NCBI GenBank assembly: GCA_964016885.1
Contig: OZ024757.1
Span: forward strand, 1,488,001-1,552,000
Direction of reading: 5' to 3'
DNA: 64,000 nucleotides
DNA from: Eledone cirrhosa
Lineage: Eukaryota
Shown here: piece after piece, positions 15,001 through 30,000 of the stretch
Layout: each line of letters opens with the position of its first letter
Position numbering within the stretch: position 1 is the stretch's first letter
Program-made: the position numbers and the translations under genes
The notes under the pieces: model-generated
Told to the model about the DNA's origin: nothing
The model's database searches: none
Seen by the model: the letters and a program-made list of their open reading frames with translations, nothing else

Positions 15001-18000
15001 CCCTACAGGTGGGGTGACACTGCACCTCCCAAGGATATAGGTGAGAGTGTGTCACCCTACAGGTGGGGTGACACTGCACCTCCCAGGGATATAGGTGAGA
15101 GTGTGTCACCCTACAGGTGGGGTGACACTGCACCTCCCAGGGATATAGGTGAGAGTGTGTCACCCTACAGGTGGGGTGACACTGCACCTCCCAGAGATAT
15201 AGGTGAGAGTGTGTCACCCTACAGGTGGGGTGACACTGCACCTCCCAGAGATATAGGTGAGAGTGTGTCACTCTACAGGTGGGGTGACACTGCACCTCCC
15301 AGAGATATAGGTGAGAGTGTGTCACCCTGCAGGTGGGGTGACACCGCACCTCCCAGAGATATAGGTGAGAGTGTGTCACTCTACAGGTGGGGTGACACTG
15401 CACCTCCCAGAGATATAGGTGAGAGTGTGTCACCCTACAGGTGGGGTGACACTGCACCTCCCAGGGATATAGGTGAGAGTGTGTCACCCTACAGGTGGAG
15501 TGACACTGCACCTCCCAGGGATATAGGTGAGAGTGTGTCACCCTACAGGTGGGGTGACACTGCACCTCCCAGAGATATAGGTGAGAGTGTGTCACCCTAC
15601 AGGTGGGGTGACACTGCACCTCCCAGGGATATAGGTGAGAGTGTGTCACCTTACAGGTGGGGTGACACTGCACCTCCCAGGGATATAGGTGAGAGTGTGT
15701 CACCCTACAGGTGGGGTGACACTGCACCTCCCAGAGATATAGGTGAGAGTGTGTCACCCTACAGGTGGAGTGACACTGCACCTCCCAGGGATATAGGTGA
15801 GAGTGTGTCACCCTACAGGTGGGGTGACACTGCACCTCCCAGAGATATAGGTGAGAGTGTGTCACCCTACAGGTGGGGTGACACTGCACCTCCCAGGGAT
15901 ATAGGTGAGAGTGTGTCACCTTACAGGTGGGGTGACACTGCACCTCCCAGGGATATAGGTGAGAGTGTGTCACCCTACAGGTGGGGTGACACTGCACCTC
16001 CCAGGGATATAGGTGAGAGTGTGTCACCCTACAGGTGGGGTGACACTGCACCTCCCAGGGATATAGGTGAGAGTGTGTCACCCTGCAGGTGGGGTGACAC
16101 TGCACCTCCCAGGGATATAGGTGAGAGTGTGTCACCCTACAGGTGGGGTGACACTGCACCTCCCAGGGATATAGGTGAGTGTGTCACCCTACAGATGGGG
16201 TGACACTGCACCTCCCAGGGATATAGGTGAGAGTGTGTCACCCTACAGGTGGGGTGACACTGCACCTCCCAGAGATATAGGTGAGAGTGTGTCACCCTAC
16301 AGATGGGGTGACACTGCACCTCCCAGGGATATAGGTGAGAGTGTGTCACCCTACAGGTGGGGTGACACTGCACCTCCCAGAGATATAGGTGAGAGTGTGT
16401 CACCCTACAGATGGGGTGACACTGCACCTCCCAGGGATATAGGTGAGAGTGTGTCACCCTACAGGTGGGGTGACACTGCACCTCCCAGGGATATAGGTGA
16501 GAGTGTGTCACCCTACAGATGGGTGACACTGCACCTCCCAGAGATATAGGTGAGAGTGTGTCACCCTACAGGTGGGGTGACACTGCACCTCCCAGGGATA
16601 TAGGTGAGAGTGTGTCACCCTACAGATGGGGTGACACCGCACCTCCCAGAGATATAGGTGAGAGTGTGTCACCCTACAGGTGGGGTGACACTGCACCTCC
16701 CAGGGATATAGGTGAGAGTGTGTCACCCTACAGGTGGGGTGACACTGCACCTCCCAGGGTTATAGGTGAGAGTGTGTTACCCTACAGGTGGGGTGACACT
16801 GCACCTCCCAGAGATATAGGTGAGAGTGTGTCACCCTACAGATGGGGTGACACTGCACCTCCCAGGGATATAGGTGAGAGTGTGTCACCCTACAGGTGGG
16901 GTGACACTGCACCTCCCAGGGATATAGGTAAGAGTGTGTCACCCTACAGGTGGGGTGACACTGCACCTCCCAGAGATATAGGTGAGAGTGTGTCACCCTA
17001 CAGGTGGGGTGACACTGCACCTCCCAGAGATATAGGTGAGAGTGTGTCACCCTACAGGTGGAGTGACACTGCACCTCCCAAGGATATAGGTGAGAGTGTG
17101 TCACCCTACAGGTGGGGTGACACTGCACCTCCCAGGGTTATAGGTGAGAGTGTGTCACCCTACAGGTGGAGTGACACTGCACCTCCCAGGGATATAGGTG
17201 AGAGTGTGTCACCCTACAGGTGGGGTGACACTGCACCTCCCAGGGTTATAGGTGAGAGTGTGTCACCCTACAGGTGGAGTGACACTGCACCTCCCAGAGA
17301 TATAGGTGAGAGTGTGTCACCCTACAGGTGGGGTGACACTGCACCTCCCAAGGATATAGGTGAGAGTGTGTCACCCTACAGGTGGGGTGACACAGCACCT
17401 CCCAAGGATATAGGTGAGAGTGTGTCACCCTACAGGTGGGGTGACACTGCACCTCCCAAGGATATAGGTGAGAGTGTGTCACCCTACAGGTGGGGTGACA
17501 CAGCACCTCCCAGGGATATAGGTGAGAGTGTGTCACCCTACCGATGGGGTGACACTGCACCTCCCAGGGATATATGTGAGAGTGTGTCACCCTACAGGTG
17601 GGGTGACACTGCACCTCCCAAGGATATAGGTGAGAGTGTGTCACCCTACAGGTGGGGTGACACTGCACCTCCCAAGGATATAGGTGAGAGTGTGTCACCC
17701 TACAGGTGGGGTGACACTGCACCTCCCAAGGATATAGGTGAGAGTGTGTCACCCTACAGGTGGGGTGACACTGCACCTCCCAGGGATATAGGTGAGAGTG
17801 TGTCACCCTGCAGGTGGGGTGACACTGCACCTCCCAGGGATATAGGTGAGAGTGTGTCACCCTACAGGTGGGGTGACACTGCACCTCCCAGAGATATAGG
17901 TGAGAGTGTGTCACCCTACAGGTGGGGTGACACTGCACCTCCCAAGGATATAGGTGAGAGTGTGTCACCCTACAGGTGGGGTGACACTGCACCTCCCAGA

Positions 18001-21000
18001 GATATAGGTGAGAGTGTGTCACCCTACAGGTGGGGTGACACTGCACCTCCCAGAGATATAGGTGAGAGTGTGTCACCCTACAGGTGGGGTGACACTGCAC
18101 CTCCCAGGGATATAGGTGAGAGTGTGTCACCCTACAGGTGGGGTGACACTGCACCTCCCAGAGATATAGGTGAGAGTGTGTCACCCTACAGGTGGGGTGA
18201 CACTGCACCTCCCAAGGATATAGGTGAGAGTGTGTCACCCTACAGGTGGGGTGACACTGCACCTCCCAGAGATATAGGTGAGAGTGTGTCACCCTACAGG
18301 TGGGGTGACACTGCACCTCCCAGAGATATAGGTGAGAGTGTGTCACCCTACAGATGGGGTGACACTGCACCTCCCAGGGATATAGGTGAGAGTGTGTCAC
18401 CCTGTAGGTGGGGTGACACTGCACCTCCCAGGGATATAGGTGAGAGTGTGTCACCCTACAGGTGGGGTGACACTGCACCTCCCAGAGATATAGGTGAGAG
18501 TGTGTCACCCTACAGGTGGGGTGATACTGCACCTCCCAGGGATATAGGTGAGAGTGTGTCACCCTACAGGTGGGGTGATACTGCACCTCCCAGGGATATA
18601 GGTGAGAGTGTGTCACCCTGTAGGTGGGGTGACACTGCACCTCCCAGAGATATAGGTAAGAGTGTGTCACCTTACAGGTGGGGTGACACTGCACCTCCCA
18701 GGGATATAGGTGAGAGTGTGTCACCCTACAGGTGGGGTGACACTGCACCTCCCAGGGATATAGGTGAGAGTGTGTCACCCTACAGATGGGGTGACACTGC
18801 ACCTCCCAGAGATATAGGTGAGAGTGTGTCACCCTGCAGGTGGGGTGACACTGCACCTCCCAGGGATATAGGTGAGAGTGTGTCACCCTGCAGGTGGGGT
18901 GACACTGCACCTCCCAGGGATATAGGTGAGACTGTGTCACCCTACAGGTGGGGTGACACTGCACCTCCCAGAGATATAGGTGAGAGTGTGTCACCCTACA
19001 GATGGGGTGACACTGCACCTCCCAGGGATATAGGTGAGAGTGTGTCACCCTGCAGGTGGGGTGACACTGCACCTCCCAGGGATATAGGTGAGAGTGTGTC
19101 ACCCTACAGGTGGGGTGACACTGCACCTCCCAGAGATATAGGTGAGAGTGTGTTACCCTACAGGTGGGGTGACACTGCACCTGCCAGAGATATAGGTGAG
19201 AGTGTGTCACCCTACAGATGGGGTGACACTGCACCTCCCAGGGATATAGGTGAGAGTGTGTCACCCTACAGGTGGAGTGACACTGCACCTCCCAGGGATA
19301 TAGGTGAGAGTGTGTCACCCTACAGGTGGGGTGACACTGCACCTCCCAAGGATATAGGTGAGAGTGTGTCACCCTACAGGTGGGGTGACACTGCACCTCC
19401 CAGGGATATAGGTGAGAGTGTGTCACCCTACAGGTGGAGTGACACTGCACCTCCCAGGGATATAGGTGAGTGTGTCACCCTACAGGTGGAGTGACACTGC
19501 ACCTCCCTGGGATATAGGTGAGAGTGTGTCACTCTACAGGTGGGGTGACACTGCACCTCCCAGGGATATAGGTGAGAGTGTGTCACCCTACAGGTGGGGT
19601 GACACTGCACCTCCCAGAGATATAGGTGAGAGTGTGTCACCCTACAGGTGGGGTGACACTGCACCTCCCAGGGATATAGGTGAGAGTGTGTTACCCTACA
19701 GGTGGGGTGACACTGCACCTCCCAGGGATATAGGTGAGAGTGTGTCACCCTACGGGTGGGGTGACCCTGCACCTCCCAGGGATATAGGTGAGAGTGTGTC
19801 ACCCTACAGATGGGGTGACACTGCACCTCCCAGAGATATAGGTGAGAGTGTGTCACCCTACAGGTGGAGTGACACTGCACCTCCCAGGGATATAGGTGAG
19901 AGTGTGTCACCCTACAGGTGGGGTGACACTGCACCTCCAGGGATATAGGTGAGAGTGTGTCACCCTACAGATGGGGTGACACTGCACCTCCCAGAGATAT
20001 AGGTGAGAGTGTGTCACCCTACAGGTGGAGTGACACTGCACCTCCCAGGGATATAGGTGAGAGTGTGTCACCCTACAGGTGGGGTGACACTGCACCTCCC
20101 AGAGATATAGGTGAGAGTGTGTCACCCTACAGATGGGGTGACACTGCACCTCCCAGAGATATAGGTGAGAGTGTGTCACCCTACAGGTGGGGTGACACTG
20201 CACCTCCCAGGGATATAGGTGAGAGTGTGTCACCCTACAGGTGGGGTGACACTGCACCTCCCAGAGATATAGGTGAGAGTGTGTCACCCTACATGTGGGG
20301 TGACACTGCACCTCCCAGACATATAGGTGAGAGTGTGTCACCCTACAGGTGGGGTGACACTGCACCTCCCAGGGATATAGGTGAGAGTGTCACCCTGCAG
20401 GTGGGGTGACACTGCACCTCCCAGGGATATAGGTGAGAGTGTGTCACCCTACAGGTGGGGTGACACTGCACCTCCCAGGGTTATAGGTGAGAGTGTGTCA
20501 CCCTGCAGGTGGGGTGACACTGCACCTCCCAGGGATATAGGTGAGAGTGTGTCACCCTGCAGGTGGGGTGACACTGCACCTCCCAGGGATATAGGTGAGA
20601 GTGTGTCACCCTGCATGTGGGGTGACACTGCACCTCCCAGAGATATAGGTGAGAGTGTGTCACCCTACAGGTGGGGTGACACTGCACCTCCCAGGGTTAT
20701 AGGTGAGAGTGTGTCACCCTACAGGTGGGGTGACACTGCACCTCCCAAGGATATAAGTGAGAGTGTGTCACCCTACAGGTGGGGTGACACTGCACCTCCC
20801 AGGGTTATAGGTGAGAGTGTGTTACCCTACGGGTAGAGTGACACTGCACCTCCCAGGGATATAGGTGAGAGTGTGTCACCCTACAGGTGGGGTGACACTG
20901 CACCTCCCAGGGATATAGGTGAGAGTGTGTCACCCTACAGATGGGGTGACACTGCACCTCCCAGGGATATAGGTGAGAGTGTGTCACCCTGCAGGTGGGG

Positions 21001-24000
21001 TGACACTGCACCTCCCAGGGATATAGGTGAGAGTGTGTCACCCTACAGGTGGGGTGACACTGCACCTCCCAGAGATATAGGTGAGAGTGTGTTACCCTAC
21101 AGGTGGGGTGACACTGCACCTGCCAGAGATATAGGTGAGAGTGTGTCACCCTACAGATGGGGTGACACTGCACCTCCCAGGGATATAGGTGAGAGTGTGT
21201 CACCCTACAGGTGGAGTGACACTGCACCTCCCAGGGATATAGGTGAGAGTGTGTCACCCTACAGGTGGGGTGACACTGCACCTCCCAAGGATATAGGTGA
21301 GAGTGTGTCACCCTACAGGTGGGGTGACACTGCACCTCCCAGGGATATAGGTGAGAGTGTGTCACCCTACAGGTGGAGTGACACTGCACCTCCCAGGGAT
21401 ATAGGTGAGTGTGTCACCCTACAGGTGGAGTGACACTGCACCTCCCTGGGATATAGGTGAGAGTGTGTCACTCTACAGGTGGGGTGACACTGCACCTCCC
21501 AGGGATATAGGTGAGAGTGTGTCACCCTACAGGTGGGGTGACACTGCACCTCCCAGAGATATAGGAGAGAGTGTGTCACCCTACAGGTGGGGTGACACTG
21601 CACCTCCCAGGGATATAGGTGAGAGTGTGTTACCCTACAGGTGGGGTGACACTGCACCTCCCAGGGATATAGGTGAGAGTGTGTCACCCTACGGGTGGGG
21701 TGACCCTGCACCTCCCAGGGATATAGGTGAGAGTGTGTCACCCTACAGATGGGGTGACACTGCACCTCCCAGAGATATAGGTGAGAGTGTGTCACCCTAC
21801 AGGTGGAGTGACACTGCACCTCCCAGGGATATAGGTGAGAGTGTGTCACCCTACAGGTGGGGTGACACTGCACCTCCCAGGGATATAGGTGAGAGTGTGT
21901 CACCCTACAGATGGGGTGACACTGCACCTCCCAGAGATATAGGTGAGAGTGTGTCACCCTACAGGTGGAGTGACACTGCACCTCCCAGGGATATAGGTGA
22001 GAGTGTGTCACCCTACAGGTGGGGTGACACTGCACCTCCCAGAGATATAGGTGAGAGTGTGTCACCCTACAGATGGGGTGACACTGCACCTCCCAGAGAT
22101 ATAGGTGAGAGTGTGTCACCCTACAGGTGGGGTGACACTGCACCTCCCAGGGATATAGGTGAGAGTGTGTCACCCTACAGGTGGGGTGACACTGCACCTC
22201 CCAGAGATATAGGTGAGAGTGTGTCACCCTACATGTGGGGTGACACTGCACCTCCCAGACATATAGGTGAGAGTGTGTCACCCTACAGGTGGGGTGACAC
22301 TGCACCTCCCAGGGATATAGGTGAGAGTGTGTCACCCTGCAGGTGGGGTGACACTGCACCTCCCAGGGTTATAGGTGAGAGTGTGTCACCCTACAGGTGG
22401 GGTGACACTGCACCTCCCAGGGTTATAGGTGAGAGTGTGTCACTCTGCAGTTGGGGTGACACTGCACCTCCCAGGGATATAGGTGAGAGTGTGTCACCCT
22501 GCAGGTGGGGTGACACTGCACCTCCCAGGGATATAGGTGAGAGTGTGTCACCCTGCATGTGGGGTGACACTGCACCTCCCAGAGATATAGGTGAGAGTGT
22601 GTCACCCTACAGGTGGGGTGACACTGCACCTCCCAGGGTTATAGGTGAGAGTGTGTCACCCTACAGGTGGGGTGACACTGCACCTCCCAGGGATATAGGT
22701 GAGAGTGTGTCACCCTACAGGTGGGGTGACACTGCACCTCCCAGGGTTATAGGTGAGAGTGTGTTACCCTACGGGTAGAGTGACACTGCACCTCCCAGGG
22801 ATATAGGTGAGAGTGTGTCACCCTACAGGTGGGGTGACACTGCACCTCCCAGGGATATAGGTGAGAGTGTGTCACCCTACAGATGGGGTGACACTGCACC
22901 TCCCAGAGATATAGGTGAGAGTGTGTCACCCTGCAGGTGGGGTGACACTGCACCTCCCAGAGATATAGGTGAGAGTGTGTCACCCTACAGGTGGGGTGAC
23001 ACTGCACCTCCCAGGGATATAGGTGAGAGTGTGTCACCCTGCAGGTGGGGTGACACTGCACCTCCCAGGGATATAGGTGAGAGTGTGTCACCCTACAGGT
23101 GGGGTGACACTGCACCTCCCAGGGATATAGGTGAGTGTGTCACCCTACAGATGGGGTGACACTGCACCTCCCAGGGATATAGGTGAGAGTGTGTCACCCT
23201 ACAGGTGGGGTGACACTGCACCTCCCAGGGATATAGGTGAGTGTGTCACCCTACAGGTGGGGTGACACTGCACCTCCCAGAGATATAGGTGAGAGTGTGT
23301 CACCCTACAGATGGGGTGACACTGCACCTCCCAGGGATATAGGTGAGAGTGTGTCACCCTGCAGGTGGGGTGACACTGCACCTCCCAGGGATATAGGTGA
23401 GAGTGTGTCACCCTACAGGTGGGGTGACACTGCACCTCCCAGGGATATAGGTGAGAGTGTGTCACCCTGCAGGTGGGGTGAGACTGCACCTCCCAGGGAT
23501 ATAGGTGAGAGTGTGTCACCCTACAGGTGGGGTGACACTGCACCTCCCAGGGATATAGGTGAGAGTGTGTTACCCTACAGGTGGGGTGACACTGCACCTC
23601 CCAGGGATATAGGTGAGAGTGTGTCACCCTGCAGGTGGGGTGACACTGCACCTCCCAGAGATATAGGTGAGAGTGTGTTACCCTACAGGTGGGGTGACAC
23701 TGCACCTCCCAGGGATATAGGTGAGAGTGTGTCACCCTACAGATGGGTGACACTGCACCTCCCAGGGATATAGGTGAGAGTGTGTCACCCTACAGATGGG
23801 GTGACACTGCACCTCCCAGGGATATAGGTGAGACTGTGTCACCCTACAGGTGGGGTGACACTGCACCTCCCAGAGATATAGGTGAGAGTGTGTCACCCTA
23901 CAGGTGGGGTGACACTGCACCTCCCAGAGATATAGGTGAGAGTGTGTCACCCTGCAGGTGGGGTGACACTGCACCTCCCAGGGATATAGGTGAGACTGTG

Positions 24001-27000
24001 TCACCCTAGAGGTGGGGTGACACTGCACCTCCCAGGGGTATATGTGAGAGTGTGTCACCCTACAGGTGGGGTGACACTGCACCTCCCAGGTATATAGGTG
24101 AGAGTGTGTCACCCTACAGGTGGGGTGACACTGCACCTCCCAGGGATATAGGTGAGAGTGTGTCACCCTACAGGTGGGGTGACACTGCACCTCCCAGGGA
24201 TATAGGTGAGAGTGTGTCACCCTGCAGGTGGGGTGACACTGCACCTGCCAGAGATATAGGTGAGAGTGTGTCACCCTACAGATGGAGTGACACTGCACCT
24301 CCCAGAGATATAGGTGAGAGTGTGTTACCCTACAGGTGGGGTGACACTGCACCTCCCAGGGATATAGGTGAGAGTGTGTCACCCTGCAGGTGGGGTGACA
24401 CTGCACCTGCCAGAGATATAGGTGAGAGTGTGTCACCCTACAGATGGAGTGACACTGCACCTCTCAGAGATATAGGTGAGAGTGTGTCACCCTACAGGTG
24501 GGGTGACACTGCACCTCCCAGGGATATAGGTGAGAGTGTGTCACCCTACAGGTGGGGTGACACTGCACCTCCCAGGGATATAGGTGAGAGTGTGTCACCC
24601 TACAGGTGGGGTGACACTGCACCTCCCAGAGATATAGGTGAGAGTGTGTCACTCTACAGGTGGGGTGACACTGCACCTCCCAGGGATATAGGTGAGAGTG
24701 TGTCACCCTACAGGTGGAGTGACACTGCACCTCCCAGAGATACAGGTGAGAGTGTGTCACCCTGCAGGTGGGGTGACACTGCACCTCCCAGGGATATAGG
24801 TGAGAGTGTGTCACCCTGCAGGTGGGGTGACACTGCACCTGCCAGAGATATAGGTGAGAGTGTGTCACCCTACAGGTGGGGTGACACTGCACCTCCCAGG
24901 GATATAGGTGAGAGTGTGTCACCCTACAGGTGGGGTGACACTGCACCTCCCAGAGATACAGGTGAGAGTGTGTCACCCTGCAGGTGGGGTGACACTGCAC
25001 CTCCCAGAGATATAGGTGAGAGTGTGTCACCCTACAGGTGGAGTGACACTGCACCTCCCAGAGATACAGGTGAGAGTGTGTCACCCTGCAGGTGGGGTGA
25101 CACTGCACCTCCCAGGGATATAGGTGAGAGTGTGTCACCCTGCAGGTGGGGTGACACTGCACCTGCCAGAGATATAGGTGAGAGTGTGTCACCCTACAGG
25201 TGGGGTGACACTGCACCTCCCAGACATATAGGTGAGTGTGTCACCCTACAGATGGAGTGACACTGCACCTCCCAGAGATATAGGTGAGAGTGTGTCACCC
25301 TACAGGTGGGGTGACACTGCACCTCCCAGAGATATAGGTGAGAGTGTGTCACCCTACAGATGGGGTGACACTGCACCTCCCAGAGATATAGGTGAGAGTG
25401 TGTCACCCTACAGGTGGGGTGACACTGCACCTCCCAGAGATATAGGTGAGAGTGTGTCACCCTACAGATGGGGTGACACTGCACCTCCCAGAGATATAGG
25501 TGAGAGTGTGTCACCCTACAGATGGGGTGACACTGCACCTCCCAGAGATATAGGTGAGAGTGTGTCACCCTACAGATGGGGTGACACTGCACCTCCCAGA
25601 GATATAGGTGAGAGTGTGTCACCCTACAGGTGGGGTGACACTGCACCTCCCAGAGATATAGGTGAGAGTGTGTTACCCTACAGGTGGGGTGACACTGCAC
25701 CTCCCAGAGATATAGGTGAGAGTGTGTCACCCTACAGGTGGGGTGACACTGCACCTCCCAGGGATATAGGTGAGAGTGTGTCACCCTGCAGGTGGGGTGA
25801 CACTGCACCTGCCAGAGATATAGGTGAGAGTGTGTCACCCTACAGGTGGGGTGATACTGCACCTCCCAGGGATATAGGTGAGAGTGTGTCACCCTACAGG
25901 TGGGGTGACACTGCACCTCCCAGGGATATAGGTGAGAGTGTGTCACCCTACGGGTGGGGTGACAATGCACCTCCCAGGGATATAGGTGAGAGTGTGTCAC
26001 CCTACAGATGGGGTGACACTGCACCTCCCAGGGATATAGGTGAGAGTGTGTCACCCTACAGGTGGGGTGACACTGCACCTCCCAGGGTTATAGGTGAGAG
26101 TGTGTCACCCTACAGGTGGGGTGACACTGCACCTCCCAGGGATATAGGTGAGAGTGTGTCACCCTACAGATGGGGTGACACTGCACCTCCCAGGGTTATA
26201 GGTGAGAGTGTGTTACCCTACAGGTAGAGTGACACTGCACCTCCCAGGGATATAGGTGAGAGTGTGTCACCCTACAGGTGGGGTGACACTGCACCTCCCA
26301 GGGATATAGGTGAGAGTGTGTCACCCTACAGATGGGGTGACACTGCACCTCCCAGAGATATAGGTGAGAGTGTGTCACCCTACAGGTGGAGTGACACTGC
26401 ACCTCCCAGGGATATAGGTGAGAGTGTGTCACCCTACAGGTGGGGTGACACTGCACCTCCCAGAGATATAGGTGAGTGTGTTACCCTACAGGTGGGGTGA
26501 CACTGCACCTTCCAGGGATATAGGTGAGAGTGTGTCACCCTACAGGTGGGGTGACACTGCACCTCCCAGAGATATAGGTGAGAGTGTGTTACCCTACAGG
26601 TGGGGTGACACCGCACCTCCCAGAGATATAGGTGAGAGTGTGTCACCCTACAGGTGGGGTGACACTGCACCTCCCAGAGATATAGGTGAGAGTGTGTCAC
26701 CCTGCAGGTGGGGTGACACTGCACCTCCCAGGGATATAGGTGAGAGTGTGTCAACCTACAGGTGGGGTGACACTGCACCTCCCAGGGATATAGGTGAGAG
26801 TGTGTCACCCTACAGGTGGGGTGACACTGCGCCTCCCAGGGATATAGGTGAGAGTGTGTCACCCTACAGATGGGGTGACACTGCACCTCCCAGAGATATA
26901 GGTGAGAGTGTGTCACCCTGCAGGTGGGGTGACACTGCACCTCCCAGGGATATAGGTGAGAGTGTGTCACCCTAGAGGTGGGGTGACACTGCACCTCCCA

Positions 27001-30000
27001 GGGATATAGGTGAGAGTGTGTCACCCTACAGATGGGGTGACACTGCACCTCCCAGAGATATAGGTGAGAGTGTGTCACCCTGCAGGTGGGGTGACACTGC
27101 ACCTCCCAGGGATATAGGTGAGAGTGTGTCACCCTAGAGGTGGGGTGACACTGCACCTCCCAGGGGTATATGTGAGAGTGTGTCACCCTACAGGTGGGGT
27201 GACACTGCACCTCCCAGGTATATAGGTGAGAGTGTGTCACCCTACAGGTGGGGTGACACTGCACCTCCCAGGGATATAGGTGAGAGTGTGTCACCCTACA
27301 GGTGGGGTGACACTGCACCTCCCAGAGATATAGGTGAGAGTGTGTCACCCTACCGATGGGTGACACTGCACCTCCCAGGGATATAGGTGAGAGTGTGTCA
27401 CCCTACAGGTGGGGTGACACTGCACCTCCCAGGGTTATAGGTGAGAGTGTGTTACCCTACAGGTAGAGTGACACTGCACCTCCCAGGGATATAGGTGAGA
27501 GTGTGTCACCCTACAGGTGGGGTGACACTGCACCTCCCAGGGATATAGGTGAGAGTGTGTCACCCTACAGATGGGGTGACACTGCACCTCCCAGAGATAT
27601 AGGTGAGAGTGTGTCACCCTACAGGTGGAGTGACACTGCACCTCCCAGGGATATAGGTGAGAGTGTGTCACCCTACAGGTGGGGTGACACTGCACCTCCC
27701 AGGGATATAGGTGAGAGTGTGTCACCCTACAGGTGGGGTGACACTGCACCTCCCAGAGATATAGGTGAGAGTGTGTCACCCTGCAGGTGGGGTGACACTG
27801 CACCTCCCAGAGATATAGGTGAGAGTGTGTCACCCTGCAGGTGGGGTGACACTGCACCTCCCAGAGATATAGGTGAGAGTGTGTCACCCTACAGGTGGGG
27901 TGACACTGCACCTCCCAGGGTTATAGGTGAGAGTGTGTCACCCTACAGGTGGGGTGACACTGCACCTCCCAGAGATATAGGTGAGAGTGTGTCACCCTGC
28001 AGGTGGGGTGACACTGCACCTCCCAGGGATAATATAGGTGAGAGTGTGTCACCCTACAGGTGGGGTGACACTGCACCTCTCAGGGATATAGGTGAGAGTG
28101 TGTCACCCTGCAGGTGGGGTGACACTGCACCTCCCAGAGATATAGGTGAGAGTGTGTCACCCTGCAGGTGGGGTGACACTGCACCTCCCAGGGATAATAT
28201 AGGTGAGAGTGTGTCACACTGCAGGTGGGGTGACACTGCACCTCCCAGAGATATAGGTGAGAGTGTGTCACCCTACAGGTGGGGTGACACTGCACCTCCC
28301 AGTGATATAGGTGAGTGTGTCACCCTGCAGGTGGGGTGACACTGCACCTCCCAGGGATATAGGTGAGAGTGTGTCACCCTACAGGTGGCGTGACACTGCA
28401 CCTCCCAGGGATATAGGTGAGAGTGTGTCACCCTACAGGTGGGGTGACACTGCACCTCCCAGAGATATAGGTGAGAGTGTGTCACCCTGCAGGTGGGGTG
28501 ACACTGCACCTCCCAGAGATATAGGTGAGAGTGTGTCACCCTACAGGTGGGGTGACACTGCACCTCCCAGAGATATAGGTGAGAGTGTGTCACCCTGCAG
28601 GTGGGGTGACACTGCACCTCCCAGGGATATAGGTGAGAGTGTGTCACCCTACAGGTGGGGTGACACTGCACCTCCCAGAGATATAGGTGAGAGTGTGTCA
28701 CCCTACAGGTGGGGTGACACTGCACCTCCCAGAGATATAGGTGAGAGTGTGTCACCCTGCAGGTGGGGTGACACTGCACCTCCCAGAGATATAGGTGAGA
28801 GTGTGTCACCCTACAGGTGGGGTGACACTGCACCTCCCAGAGATATAGGTGAGAGTGTGTCACCCTGCAGGTGGGGTGACACTGCACCTCCCAGGGATAT
28901 AGGTGAGAGTGTGTCACCCTACAGGTGGGGTGACACTGCACCTCCCAGAGATATAGGTGAGAGTGTGTCACCCTACAGGTGGGGTGACACTGCACCTCCC
29001 AGAGACATAGGTGAGAGTGTGTCACCCTGCAGGTGGGGTGACAATGCACCTCCCAGAGATATAGGTGAGAGTGTGTCACCCTGCAGGTGGGGTGACAATG
29101 CACCTCCCAGAGATATAGGTGAGAGTGTGTCACCCTGTAGGTGGGGTGACACTGCACCTCCCAGAGATATAGGTGAGAGTGTGTCACCCTGCAGGTGGGG
29201 TGACACTGCACCTCCCAGGGATAATATAGGTGAGAGTGTGTCACACTGCAGGTGGGGTAACACTGCACCTCCCAGTGATATAGGTGAGTGTGTCACCCTG
29301 CAGGTGGGGTGACACTGCACCTCCCAGGGATATAGGTGAGAGTGTGTCACCCTGCATGTGGCGTGACACTGCACCTCCCAGGGATATAGGTGAGAGTGTG
29401 TCACCCTACAGGTGGGGTGACACTGCACCTCCCAGAGATATAGGTGAGAGTGTGTTACCCTACAGGTGGGGTGACACTGCACCTCCCAGGGATATAGGTG
29501 AGAGTGTGTCACCCTGCAGGTGGAGTGACACTGCACCTCCCAGGGATATAGGTGAGAGTGTGTCACCCTACAGGTGGGGTGACACTGTACCTCCCAGGGA
29601 TATAGGTGAGAGTGTGTTACCCTACAGATGGGGTGACACTGCACCTCCCAGGGATATAGGTGAGAGTGTGTCACCCTACAGGTGGGGTGACACTGCACCT
29701 TCCAGGGATATAGGTGAGAGTGTGTCACCCTACAGATGGGGTGACACTGCACCTCCCAGAGATATAGGTGAGAGTGTGTCACACTACAGGTGGAGTGACA
29801 CTGCACCTCCCAGAGATATAGGTGAGTGTGTCACCCTACAGGTGGGGTGACACTGCACCTCCCAGGGATATAGGTGAGAGTGTGTCACCCTACAGGTGGA
29901 GTGACTCTGCACCTCCCAGGGATATAGGTGAGAGTGTGTCACCCTACAGGTGGGGTGACACTGCACCTCCCAGGGATATAGGTGAGAGTGTGTCACCCTA